Shown here: positions 38,055-46,095 of the stretch, piece after piece
Position numbering within the stretch: the stretch's first letter is position 1
Layout of the letters: the number at the start of each line of letters is the position of its first letter
Origin: a virus
Lineage: Duplodnaviria > Caudoviricetes
IMG/VR virus record: IMGVR_UViG_3300046063_000004
Location: 1-46,150 of that record
Length of the DNA stretch: 46,150 nucleotides
Reading direction: 5' to 3' (one strand)
Made by a program: the position numbers and the translations under genes
The notes under the pieces: generated by a model
Told to the model about the DNA's origin: nothing
Databases searched by the model: none
What the model saw: only the letters and a program-made list of their open reading frames with translations

Positions 38055-38071
38055 GTTTGCACCTCTTCGAT

Positions 38072-39178
38072 TTAGGATAACAGCCACATGTCGTCTAACG
38101 AGTCCTCGTCTGCTTCTTCGCCCACCAGATCAGCCGGGGTCAGCTCCTCGGTTAGCTCTGGCTGTGACTCGTCGACCACGGGGGCCTGGCGAACGTCCTG
38201 GTCGTTGGCCTGCAGATAAATCTTGGCCAGCTCGGAGATGTGGGACTCGCTCTCGTCTTCCTCCAAGTCCAGCAAGTTTGATGTGATGCCGATGTTGAGG
38301 TTGCAGGCGGCGATGTACTCCAAGGCGTCCATGAGGTGCACATAAGGCTCCTCTTGGACCTTCTTGCCCAGGTCTGGCATCTCGCGATCACCCGTGCCCG
38401 CGTCAGCTTCCGGGTAGCGATAAGCCGAGGAGAGAGCCTTGATCAGCAGCGTGCAGTGGGGGTTGACGCGGAACTTGCCCTCGCGCTCGACGTACTCGCG
38501 CAGGTAGTTGATGCGGTTCTTGCGACCCACGACCGACCACTCAGGGTCGATGCCGAACTGGTTGAGTACCTCGATGGATGAGAACTCGCTGTTCTCCTTG
38601 CGTTGATTGCCCGCCGGATCGCAGAAGTCGGCGATCCCCGCGCTGTCTTGCTCTAATGCCTGGGGAAACAGGCGCTGGGTCTGGTCAATGACCTTCTTGG
38701 CCAACTGGTGGGTGGATAGCCCAGCGAGCTGGTCGCGGTCGATGGTGGGATACAGCTCGTGCAAGCACACCAGCGTGTCGTCGGGCCACAGTTGGGCCCA
38801 CACCACGGCCGGGTGGCGATAGCCAAAGTCCCAGCCGCGCCACAGCGGCACCCGGGGGTTGTAGCGGGTGGGCCGCACGCTGTTGTTGGGGTCGAACTGA
38901 GAGTAGACGGCCTCACCGGAGAAGGCGGTGAAGTCGATCTCCATCTCGCGTTGCCAGTCGCGGCCTTGGAAGCCGCCCCGGTAGCCCACGACGTAGTGGT
39001 TGCGCCACTCACTCGTCGCCCGGTCGGGGTCGGCGGTGTAGTGCAGCCGGAGCACCAGATAGCCATCGTTGGTCTTCCAGCCCCGGATGCCGGGCATCAC
39101 CGGCTCGGGGATGCGCGTGCGTGGCAGCTTGAACGTGAACTCACCGGAGTCGCTGCCGTCCGCGTGCGCCTCGGGCAT
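38072..39178 (-). CDS. terL: terminase large subunit, C-terminal (lid plus RNase H-fold nuclease) part
   Basis: LHYTADP, WQREMEIDF..FSG.AVY, RGWDFGYRHPAVVW, CDPAG, HLMDALEY. Confidence 0.88.
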   Translation of the reverse strand: MPEAHADGSDSGEFTFKLPRTRIPEPVMPGIRGWKTNDGYLVLRLHYTADPDRATSEWRNHYVVGYRGGFQGRDWQREMEIDFTAFSGEAVYSQFDPNNSVRPTRYNPRVPLWRGWDFGYRHPAVVWAQLWPDDTLVCLHELYPTIDRDQLAGLSTHQLAKKVIDQTQRLFPQALEQDSAGIADFCDPAGNQRKENSEFSSIEVLNQFGIDPEWSVVGRKNRINYLREYVEREGKFRVNPHCTLLIKALSSAYRYPEADAGTGDREMPDLGKKVQEEPYVHLMDALEYIAACNLNIGITSNLLDLEEDESESHISELAKIYLQANDQDVRQAPVVDESQPELTEELTPADLVGEEADEDSLDDMWLLS

Positions 39179-39209
39179 GGCTTGCCTCGACGTGGTGGGC
39201 TAGCTGCTG

Positions 39210-39374
39210 CTAGCTGCTCGAGCTGGAGTTGGCCTCGATGGCGGCCTGCTGCATATACGCCTTGCGCTTGGCCCGCTTACGGCTCTGTTCATCGCCAGCG
39301 GTGTAGTGGTACTTGGCCTGGCCGCCGTACTGATAGTAGTGGCCCTGGCTGTCCTTGCCTGCGTGCACCGGCAT
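39210..39374 (-). CDS. small basic phage protein inserted between the terL halves (54 aa, MPVHAGKDSQGHYYQYGGQAKYHYTAGDEQSRKRAKRKAYMQQAAIEAN...)
   Basis: GAGGAG RBS, ATG 39374, TAG 39210-39212; below the ORF-track cutoff; different frame from terL. Confidence 0.75.
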   Translation of the reverse strand: MPVHAGKDSQGHYYQYGGQAKYHYTAGDEQSRKRAKRKAYMQQAAIEANSSSSS

Positions 39375-39385
39375 AGGAAGGCTCC

Positions 39386-40300
39386 TCAAGCCCCAGCAGG
39401 CACGGGGATGCGGCCATTCTCGCTCAGCGTAGAGTGAAAGACCTCCTCACCGTTGGGCGTGCTCACTCCGGTGAAGCGCCCACCTCCCTTGACGGTGGGC
39501 ATCGCAGCCCTGAAAATATCATCTGCCTGTTCTTGAAACGCGACCTCATCGGAAAAAACCCAACTGAAAGTAAACTGTCTTAGCCCTTTTGCTTCTTCGC
39601 CCATTGCATGAACAATAGACTCCATCTGAGGGCAACTGACTTCACCACTTTTTCGGTGTTTATCGAATGCGGCCGGCACGGAGAAGCGGCTGTGCGGCAG
39701 CCGGTTGTAGATCGTCTCCATGCGGTCGATCAGCGAGTCGGCGTCCTCGAACTTCTTAGAGATCACCGCCATGCGCTGTGCCGGGCGCACCAGCAAGTTG
39801 TGGGTGGCGATGCAGCAAAACAGCCAGGTGACCATGACCTGGCGGCTCTTGGGCACCAGCAACAGCGGCTGAAAGACCCAGGCATAGCTGAGTAGGCGCA
39901 GGTAGTCCTTGTCGGGCAGCGTCTTGTAGGGGTTGGCCTCGTCGTGCTCGTCCAGCGTCTGAGCCCAGCCGCCCACTCGCACCTTGACCCACGGGTTGTC
40001 ATCGGGGTCGTAGGCCCGCTGCGGGTCTACTGGTAGCCCCGTGATGTCGACCAGCCCGCCGAAGAGGAACCAGCGCAGGCTGTCCCAATGCTTGCGCTGA
40101 TAGAAGCGATCCCTTACTCGACGCTGGGCCACATCGCCCGTCTGACGCTTGGCGTCGGCAATGGCCTGTTGCTCCTTGCTGGTGAAGTCAGCGATGGTCG
40201 TGGCCCGCAGCCACGCCTTCTTGTCGACCAGCTCCTTCAGGGCCACCAGGTCGTCCTGGGACAGCTCTCGTAGTGCGGCCGGTAAGTCTTGCGTCTTCAT
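39386..40300 (-). CDS. terL: terminase large subunit, N-terminal ATPase part
   Basis: Walker A VPKSRQVMVTW, Walker B VFSDEVAF, motif III VSTPNG. Confidence 0.9.
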   Translation of the reverse strand: MKTQDLPAALRELSQDDLVALKELVDKKAWLRATTIADFTSKEQQAIADAKRQTGDVAQRRVRDRFYQRKHWDSLRWFLFGGLVDITGLPVDPQRAYDPDDNPWVKVRVGGWAQTLDEHDEANPYKTLPDKDYLRLLSYAWVFQPLLLVPKSRQVMVTWLFCCIATHNLLVRPAQRMAVISKKFEDADSLIDRMETIYNRLPHSRFSVPAAFDKHRKSGEVSCPQMESIVHAMGEEAKGLRQFTFSWVFSDEVAFQEQADDIFRAAMPTVKGGGRFTGVSTPNGEEVFHSTLSENGRIPVPAGA

Positions 40301-41151
40301 TCGAGTGTGATCGTAGAGAGATCGCTTGCGTTGTCGACCGTAACGCTGTCAGAAGGCGTATCGTCCTCGCCAGGGGAGGGGGCGGGAGTCTCATCGCCAG
40401 ACGGGTTGGCTGACGGGTCTGCTGGCGGGTTGGCCTCAATGACCTGGGCCGCCTCCATGTCGGGTGGCTTGGACACCTGATCCTCGGTGACCACCACCCC
40501 GGCGATCAGCGCGGTGATCTGGCGATTGACCCCCTCCACGCCGCCGAGGCCGTCTGCGCTCTGAGCTTTCGTCTGGGCCAACCTGGCCGCGCTGTTTTTG
40601 TCCTCGCCGAAGGTCTCGGGCTCCAGCAGCGCCTGAACGCGCATGTAACGGTCGAAGACGTCCTTGAAGGCGCTGTTGCGAGAGGCCAGGCTCGCCACGT
40701 ACTGGCTGTTGAGCCCGTCCTTGGTGACGTCGTGGTACTCCTTGGTCTCTACCTCCAGAGACGCAAGCAGCTCGTAGAGCTTGGCCTCCAGGCTCTGGCT
40801 CAATGCCTGTAGCCGGGACGTAGAAGCCTTCTCGTGTGACCCCTTGGCGCGCCCGTACAGCGTCCAGCCATTTTTCAGCGCCAGCGACTTGACCCGGGCG
40901 GGCGAGGTCGAGAACTCGCGGGCCACCTGGGCCAGGTTGCCCCCCGTACGCACGAACGCGGCCTTGATCCCCTCGATCTCGTCATCGGCGACGGGGCGGT
41001 CCAGGGGCTGTTGGAGCTGGTTGTCCTGAGCACTTTCTAGGCTTGATTGGGCAGGGCTCGAGTTACCCGAGGAGGGGGGCTCCACCCGTGGGTCGGGCTG
41101 CTGATCGGGCGGGACCGCCTTGGAGAAGTCGACGACGATCTGGTCACCCAT
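40297..41151 (-). CDS. terS: terminase small subunit (HTH)
   Basis: GNLAQVAREFSTSPARVKSLALKNGW HTH; overlaps the terL start. Confidence 0.65.
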   Translation of the reverse strand: MGDQIVVDFSKAVPPDQQPDPRVEPPSSGNSSPAQSSLESAQDNQLQQPLDRPVADDEIEGIKAAFVRTGGNLAQVAREFSTSPARVKSLALKNGWTLYGRAKGSHEKASTSRLQALSQSLEAKLYELLASLEVETKEYHDVTKDGLNSQYVASLASRNSAFKDVFDRYMRVQALLEPETFGEDKNSAARLAQTKAQSADGLGGVEGVNRQITALIAGVVVTEDQVSKPPDMEAAQVIEANPPADPSANPSGDETPAPSPGEDDTPSDSVTVDNASDLSTITLE

Positions 41152-41196
41152 GACGATGCTCCTCGACTCTCCTTGTACTCCCCTCCAGCGACTTAG

Positions 41197-41259
41197 TGGT
41201 GAGCCCCGCGCCGTAAGAGAAAGGAGACGAAAAGCTCACGACACGGGGCGAGCCCACCA
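41197..41259 (-). promoter_or_regulatory. GU-rich RNA hairpin upstream of terS
   Basis: About 20-bp imperfect stem whose mismatches are G-U pairs only on the minus (transcribed) strand. Confidence 0.5.
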
Positions 41260-41303
41260 TCCACGTGCACCACGCACACGCAGCGGTGTCGGCGCGGCGG
41301 GGC

Positions 41304-41651
41304 TTATGCGCGGGCGTAGTAGCCCAGCACGACGTTGTCGCTGCCACTGGCCGGGGCCGTTGAGAAGGTGACCTCGATGACCGAGTTCGTCAGGTTGGAC
41401 ACCCACGAGTCGCCACTGGCGTCCTCGCTCATGGCCTGGATGAAGGCCCGGGAGGGCGCCACGCCCAGGGTGTGATTGATCGAGAAGGTCGTGGCCGCCC
41501 CATCGCCACTGAAGATCGCTTCACCCATCTCCTCAACGGGCGAGAGGCGGTCAACGTCGACCTGGCGGTAAGCCGCATTGACCTCATCAAAGATCGAGGA
41601 CGGCGCGGTTCCGGTGGGGTTGGTATAGCCGGGATACTCCGAGGTCGTCAT
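41304..41651 (-). CDS. small virion protein (tail-fibre-like module)
   Basis: FSGDGAATTFSINHTLGVAP...VTFSTAPASG motif; GGAGG RBS. Confidence 0.7.
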   Translation of the reverse strand: MTTSEYPGYTNPTGTAPSSIFDEVNAAYRQVDVDRLSPVEEMGEAIFSGDGAATTFSINHTLGVAPSRAFIQAMSEDASGDSWVSNLTNSVIEVTFSTAPASGSDNVVLGYYARA

Positions 41652-41687
41652 AAGGCCTCCAAGGAAAGGCTCGCTCCAGGGTAACGA

Positions 41688-41840
41688 CTACGACTGTGAC
41701 TGCTTTAGCCAGGCCAGATAGCTCTGGATGGCCACGCGGGCTTGCTGGGCCAGCGACGTCTGGTTGGCCCTGGCTAGCTCGTTTAGCTCCTGCTTGGTCT
41801 CGGGCGTCATGGACACGTCGACTCGCTCGGGATAGCTCAT
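41688..41840 (-). CDS. CopG-like ribbon-helix-helix protein (50 aa, MSYPERVDVSMTPETKQELNELARANQTSLAQQARVAIQSYLAWLKQSQS)
   Basis: ATGA overlap with the upstream stop; RHH pattern; missed by the ORF track. Confidence 0.75.
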   Translation of the reverse strand: MSYPERVDVSMTPETKQELNELARANQTSLAQQARVAIQSYLAWLKQSQS

Positions 41841-42178
41841 GGGATATCACCGCTGTCGTCATCCCCGCTGGGAGCTGCGTCAAGGTGGGGCCCGTAGCCG
41901 TTGTTGGCCTGCGACGAGCCGACTTTGACCCCAAAGGGCACGATGCCGCTGACGAGCTGGACCCACACGGGATGGCCCTGGCGGATCAGCTCGCGATCCA
42001 TGGCCGAGGGCGCAAAGCGAATGGAGAAGCGATAGGCAGGCTGGCCAGCTAACTCGACCTCATCGACCATGGCCGGCACCTGATCGACTGATCCTTCCAT
42101 GCCCTCTGGCGGGCCGACGATCTCCACGCGCGAGTCGGGCAGGCGCTCGTTGTCGGGCACGTAGGTGGGCTGCATCAC
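41837..42178 (-). CDS. hypothetical protein
   Basis: AAGGA RBS; PS..DRELIRQG.PVWV pattern of small phage proteins. Confidence 0.7.
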   Translation of the reverse strand: MMQPTYVPDNERLPDSRVEIVGPPEGMEGSVDQVPAMVDEVELAGQPAYRFSIRFAPSAMDRELIRQGHPVWVQLVSGIVPFGVKVGSSQANNGYGPHLDAAPSGDDDSGDIP

Positions 42179-42251
42179 ACGTCCTTGACGTAGACTGCGT
42201 CAGTGTGCGTCACAACCTAGGGCAGGGGATGGGATGAGGCAAGTCAAGGGT

Positions 42252-44402
42252 TTACCACCGCACCGAGCGCCCCTGATCGGTCTGGATCGCAGGGGCGTAG
42301 CGCTGGACCCTCCACTGCTCAGCAAGGCCCGCATCGAGCTTGACGATCTCGTTGTCCTCCCATGAGTTCGCGATATAGAAGCTCCCATCGGCGTCTCTGG
42401 TCACATGCCGAAAGCGCAAGTTGCTTTGTTGTTCCTCCCAGATCCTCTCATCGGCTTGGATGGTCTCAGCCTCTACCCATAGGCGGTGGAGATAGCTCTC
42501 ATCGCTGCCAAATCTCGGGGTTGTTGTTACACAATACACGCTGTCGCTGTTTTGATGATCCATCCATAACCAGTTATCGTCCCCACTCCTACCGGGCAAG
42601 TCATAAGTGTCCAACACCGCGCCTGATTGTGGCCTGACGATGTGCATCTTGACGCCGGACAGGGCCCAAACAAGCGTGTCGGTCACAATGAGGGTCATGG
42701 TGCTGCTGCCGGAGTTGCCCAAGTCCGCTTCCCAATCAAGGGAGCCATCACCGCGGCTGTGCTTGCGAAGCCGCCCTCCCTGATAACTGTCAAGATAGTA
42801 GACCCAATCCTGTGTGACATCCAGTATCGCATCATTCAACAGGCCAAAGGTCAGTGGCTCCTTTGCCGGCAGAATGTTCCTCGCTCCGTCTTTTGCATTT
42901 AGCTCAATGAACACGGTCTCGCCGTCGTTGTTCTCATAGAGCGTATAGACCTTTTGTCGATCGCGAGACAGCGAGCCTTTCAGGTATTTATCCTCTACGT
43001 CAGATAGATCACGAAAGGGGTCCACCTTCCAGATCAGCTCACCGTCGAAGGTATAGGCGGCGATGTGATTGACCTCTGTGCCGCTGTTGCTCACCGCGAG
43101 GATGCGCTCATTCTCAAAATCCACATCGAGATGACGATAGTCGGCGCCAACGGACCACACGAGTTGGCCGTTGTCGGCTCGCAAGCGCTCGAGCGCGTCA
43201 CCGGCCACGAACACCGCCTCAGCCGGTCCGATGGGTGTGCCAGACACCCCACCAAGGCGAGAGTGGGTATGGGTATTGGCATGCCACTCGTAGCGCTGCA
43301 GGTTCGTGCGCACATCATGGGAGATGTCCTCGCCCAGCTTGCGCATGGCCTCGCCCACGCCCTCGGCCGTCTCAGCGTCCATGCCCTGATCATGCATGAG
43401 GCGCTTGGCCTCCGATGTGCGCTCGATTGGCCAGCTCTCTCGGGGCGTCTCGATCTTCTCATTAGCCGAGCCCTTGGGATCGGGCACCCCCCATCCGTAT
43501 CCGAGTGTGGCCCTCAGGGCCTTTGCCTGGCCCTGCCTGGAGTTGTCCGCGCCGGTGCCTGAGCCCGACTGGTCCTGGTGGGCCAGGACACAGGCATGGG
43601 CGGGCAGGCCGATCTTGAAGCCCAGGGGGAAGAACGTCGACTCGATTGCGTGATAGGAAAGAGTGCCCGGAAGAAGCCCCCGGTGATCCAGCACCGACGT
43701 GTGTGAGGCCAAGTTGACGATCTTGGCATAAGCTGCGTCGTAGTGCTGTTGGATCCGCGTCGACGACAGCGCGTGGATGTAGACGGCGCACTCGTCGATT
43801 TGGCCAGCAAGCTCTCGAGGGGGGTCGTAGTTCGCGCCAAGGGTGATCGGAGTCGGGTTGGTGGCAAAGCCCCCCGTGGCGATGACATCGCTCGCCTCTA
43901 AGACAGTGTCCACATAAATCTTGCGATCCCCGGTTGAAGAGTCATAGACCGCCACGATGTGATGCCACTGATCCGTTGCGACAGGCTCGCCCGTGGTATC
44001 CAGGTTGACCGTGCTCGCGCCGTTCTGAAAGAACCTCACGTTGCCATCGGATGAGCCAGCCCCAAGCTGAACCCCCCACCCCTTGGTGTCGTCGTTGTCA
44101 TCGTTTTTGACCATGAGACCGCGTTTGGTCTCAAGGTAGTCCGGGTTGACCCAAAGCTCGAATGAGCACGAACCCGCCATCGGGTCGATGATGTCGCCCG
44201 CGTCGACATAGTCTCCCGAGCCATCACAGTCAACGGCCGTATCGGATAATCTCGCCGCCCCGGTTACCCCGAGGGTGGGGTCTCCTTGGTAGGTCGCGTC
44301 GTGGTTGTTGCTGGTCTCGTCGTAGGCGATTGAGCCCGACGACTCGCCCAGGCGCCAGTAGGCGGCCGGGTTGTCTGCCAGGACCTCATCGCGATAGGCC
44401 AT
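42252..44402 (-). CDS. receptor-binding / tail appendage protein: LamG (ConA-like) domain plus PQQ-like beta-propeller
   Basis: PAAYWRLGE, FELWVNP, QWHHIVAVYD, GQIDECAVY..LS..RIQQHY; C-terminal DG.L.W repeats. Confidence 0.8.
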   Translation of the reverse strand: MAYRDEVLADNPAAYWRLGESSGSIAYDETSNNHDATYQGDPTLGVTGAARLSDTAVDCDGSGDYVDAGDIIDPMAGSCSFELWVNPDYLETKRGLMVKNDDNDDTKGWGVQLGAGSSDGNVRFFQNGASTVNLDTTGEPVATDQWHHIVAVYDSSTGDRKIYVDTVLEASDVIATGGFATNPTPITLGANYDPPRELAGQIDECAVYIHALSSTRIQQHYDAAYAKIVNLASHTSVLDHRGLLPGTLSYHAIESTFFPLGFKIGLPAHACVLAHQDQSGSGTGADNSRQGQAKALRATLGYGWGVPDPKGSANEKIETPRESWPIERTSEAKRLMHDQGMDAETAEGVGEAMRKLGEDISHDVRTNLQRYEWHANTHTHSRLGGVSGTPIGPAEAVFVAGDALERLRADNGQLVWSVGADYRHLDVDFENERILAVSNSGTEVNHIAAYTFDGELIWKVDPFRDLSDVEDKYLKGSLSRDRQKVYTLYENNDGETVFIELNAKDGARNILPAKEPLTFGLLNDAILDVTQDWVYYLDSYQGGRLRKHSRGDGSLDWEADLGNSGSSTMTLIVTDTLVWALSGVKMHIVRPQSGAVLDTYDLPGRSGDDNWLWMDHQNSDSVYCVTTTPRFGSDESYLHRLWVEAETIQADERIWEEQQSNLRFRHVTRDADGSFYIANSWEDNEIVKLDAGLAEQWRVQRYAPAIQTDQGRSVRW

Positions 44403-44427
44403 AGAGAACTATAGAAAAGAAGGCGGG

Positions 44428-44865
44428 TCACTGATCCTTGTCGTGGACCAGACCGGCCGAGCCCGTCGACAGCGTGAAGTCGGCCCCATTGGTCTGGGCC
44501 GGAAAGCCGGAAGTCTTGTAGAACCAGACGGGGCTGTCGGTGTCGTCGGTGACCAAGCGGTAGTACACAGCCGCGCCGATCTCGCCGAAGTCGGCCCCCG
44601 AATACGTGATGTCGCCGTGGTCCAACTCAGCCCGGTTGTTGGCGTCGTCGCGGGTCACCGTCCGCGAGGGCACGGACTTGCGGCTATACCCCGTGCCGCT
44701 CGACTCGCTGTTGCCCGTCGCGCTCAACACATCGGCGACGTAGGTATGCGTGGCATCGAAGGTGGGGCTGTCGGCGTTGTCCAGCAGCAACACTTCAATA
44801 GAGGCAGATGCCCAATCGTTATAGTGCTTGTCCTGCAAGCCCTCGTTGTACGTGGCGTCGGCCAT
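44428..44865 (-). CDS. minor tail / virion protein
   Basis: IEVLLL...E.SGTGYSRK...D.TYSGA...NGADFTL pattern common next to tail fibres; GAGGAG RBS. Confidence 0.7.
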   Translation of the reverse strand: MADATYNEGLQDKHYNDWASASIEVLLLDNADSPTFDATHTYVADVLSATGNSESSGTGYSRKSVPSRTVTRDDANNRAELDHGDITYSGADFGEIGAAVYYRLVTDDTDSPVWFYKTSGFPAQTNGADFTLSTGSAGLVHDKDQ

Positions 44866-44903
44866 GGCCTACTCCTCAAAGATCGCAAAGAGTGGGATTG
44901 AGG

Positions 44904-45329
44904 CTAGCTTGGCTCAGGCTCATCGTCGTAATCGCTCAACAGCTCGTAGATATCGTTAGCCAGCATCTCAAGGCGTTGAGGCGACATGATCCTGGCTGGC
45001 TGCTGGGAGAGCTGTTGGTACAGGTCACGCAAGCGGGAGGCGTAGCGATCAGCTCTCTTGGCGTGCTTCTGTGACCGCTGCTCAGCCTCCACTGAGAGCT
45101 GGCGGTACTGCTCGAGGCTGTCCTGAGCCGAGTCGGCGCGCTGCTGCTCATATTGAGCCTCACGCGCGAGGGCCTCGATGCGTTGGGCCGCGTAGCCAAG
45201 CCGCCCATTATTGTCAACCCTGTGGCCCAGCATCTGATAAGCCCGCTGCTGCGTCGTCGAGCCGGCTTGCCTCAGGGCATGCAGCAGGAACCGATCATAC
45301 GCGTCGAGGTCCAAGTTGTCTTGCTCCAT
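44904..45329 (-). CDS. coiled-coil protein, paralogue of 45329..45814
   Basis: RADSAQ...RADRYASRL...ANDIYELLSDYDDE. Confidence 0.7.
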   Translation of the reverse strand: MEQDNLDLDAYDRFLLHALRQAGSTTQQRAYQMLGHRVDNNGRLGYAAQRIEALAREAQYEQQRADSAQDSLEQYRQLSVEAEQRSQKHAKRADRYASRLRDLYQQLSQQPARIMSPQRLEMLANDIYELLSDYDDEPEPS

Positions 45330-45814
45330 TACAACCTCTCCTCATCGCCGTAGTCCCTCAAGAGCTTAGACACATCGTCGGCGTTATGATCAAAGCTAGT
45401 GGCATTGATCTGGTGTTGGCTGGCCGACTCTTGCATGATCGCGATGTCGTTGGCTAACCGAGTGGCATAGGCATTGGCTCGCAGTCGGGAGCTTTCGGCC
45501 TCGTCCTCCAACCCTTCCAAGCGCTGCTTGTGCCGCTCGCAGTCGCTCTCGGCCTGATCAGCCCGCCGCCGCTCATTCTCGGCGTCGCGATTGGCCTCGT
45601 TCACCCGCTGTAGAAGTCCAGCGACCCGATCGTCATCATCGTCGGCGGCTGTATCTTGTTGCTCGGATGTGACCTGTGCTTGCGGGTGGTGCTGGCTTTC
45701 CGCTTTTGGTTGGCAGTAGCCGTGCCCCAGGGCCAACAGCGCCTGACGAGCGAAGTCCTCATCGCACGTTTGCAGCACCAAGAGCACCAAGCCCTTGAGC
45801 TGCTCATGATCCAT
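45329..45814 (-). CDS. coiled-coil protein, paralogue of 44904..45329
   Basis: AAAGGAG RBS before ATG 45814; RADQAE...RANAYATRL...ADDVSKLLRDYGDE. Confidence 0.7.
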   Translation of the reverse strand: MDHEQLKGLVLLVLQTCDEDFARQALLALGHGYCQPKAESQHHPQAQVTSEQQDTAADDDDDRVAGLLQRVNEANRDAENERRRADQAESDCERHKQRLEGLEDEAESSRLRANAYATRLANDIAIMQESASQHQINATSFDHNADDVSKLLRDYGDEERL

Positions 45815-45815
45815 C

Positions 45816-45986
45816 TCAGTCTCCTTTCTCATCGACGTGATCAGCCATGACCAGGGCCGCGGCTGTCGCGGCCTGTCTCGTCCCCGCGGTTGTCCACGGG
45901 ACATCCTTGGTCACGGCCTGAGCGGCCAGCACCTGGTTGACCAGGTCATAGACATAATCGAACGTGTGCTCATAGGACCAGCTCAT
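45816..45986 (-). CDS. small hypothetical protein (56 aa, MSWSYEHTFDYVYDLVNQVL...)
   Basis: Fills the gap between neighbours exactly; GAGGTG upstream; below the ORF-track cutoff. Confidence 0.55.
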   Translation of the reverse strand: MSWSYEHTFDYVYDLVNQVLAAQAVTKDVPWTTAGTRQAATAAALVMADHVDEKGD

Positions 45987-45988
45987 CG

Positions 45989-46095
45989 CTAGCTAAACAC
46001 CTCGTCGTTGCCGCCCCAACGATGAAGCGGCGTGTCGGGCACGGTGTTGCGGGCGGTCGTGGAAGGAGCGGGTGAGGCCGAGCCCAGGCGCTGTC
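45989..46095 (-). CDS. 3' part of the junction-spanning hypothetical protein
   Basis: In frame with 280..1 after circularisation. Confidence 0.6.

Noticed and set aside
19600-39376. Long plus-strand ORFs antisense to structural genes (e.g. 28397..29254, 35167..36006, 36076..36855)
   Set aside because: Shadow ORFs expected from high GC3 on the coding strand.
39179-39385. Group I intron, intein or simple stop readthrough joining terL
   Set aside because: The 207-nt gap is mostly filled by a coding gene, shows no recognisable group I core or intein motifs, and has two in-frame stops.
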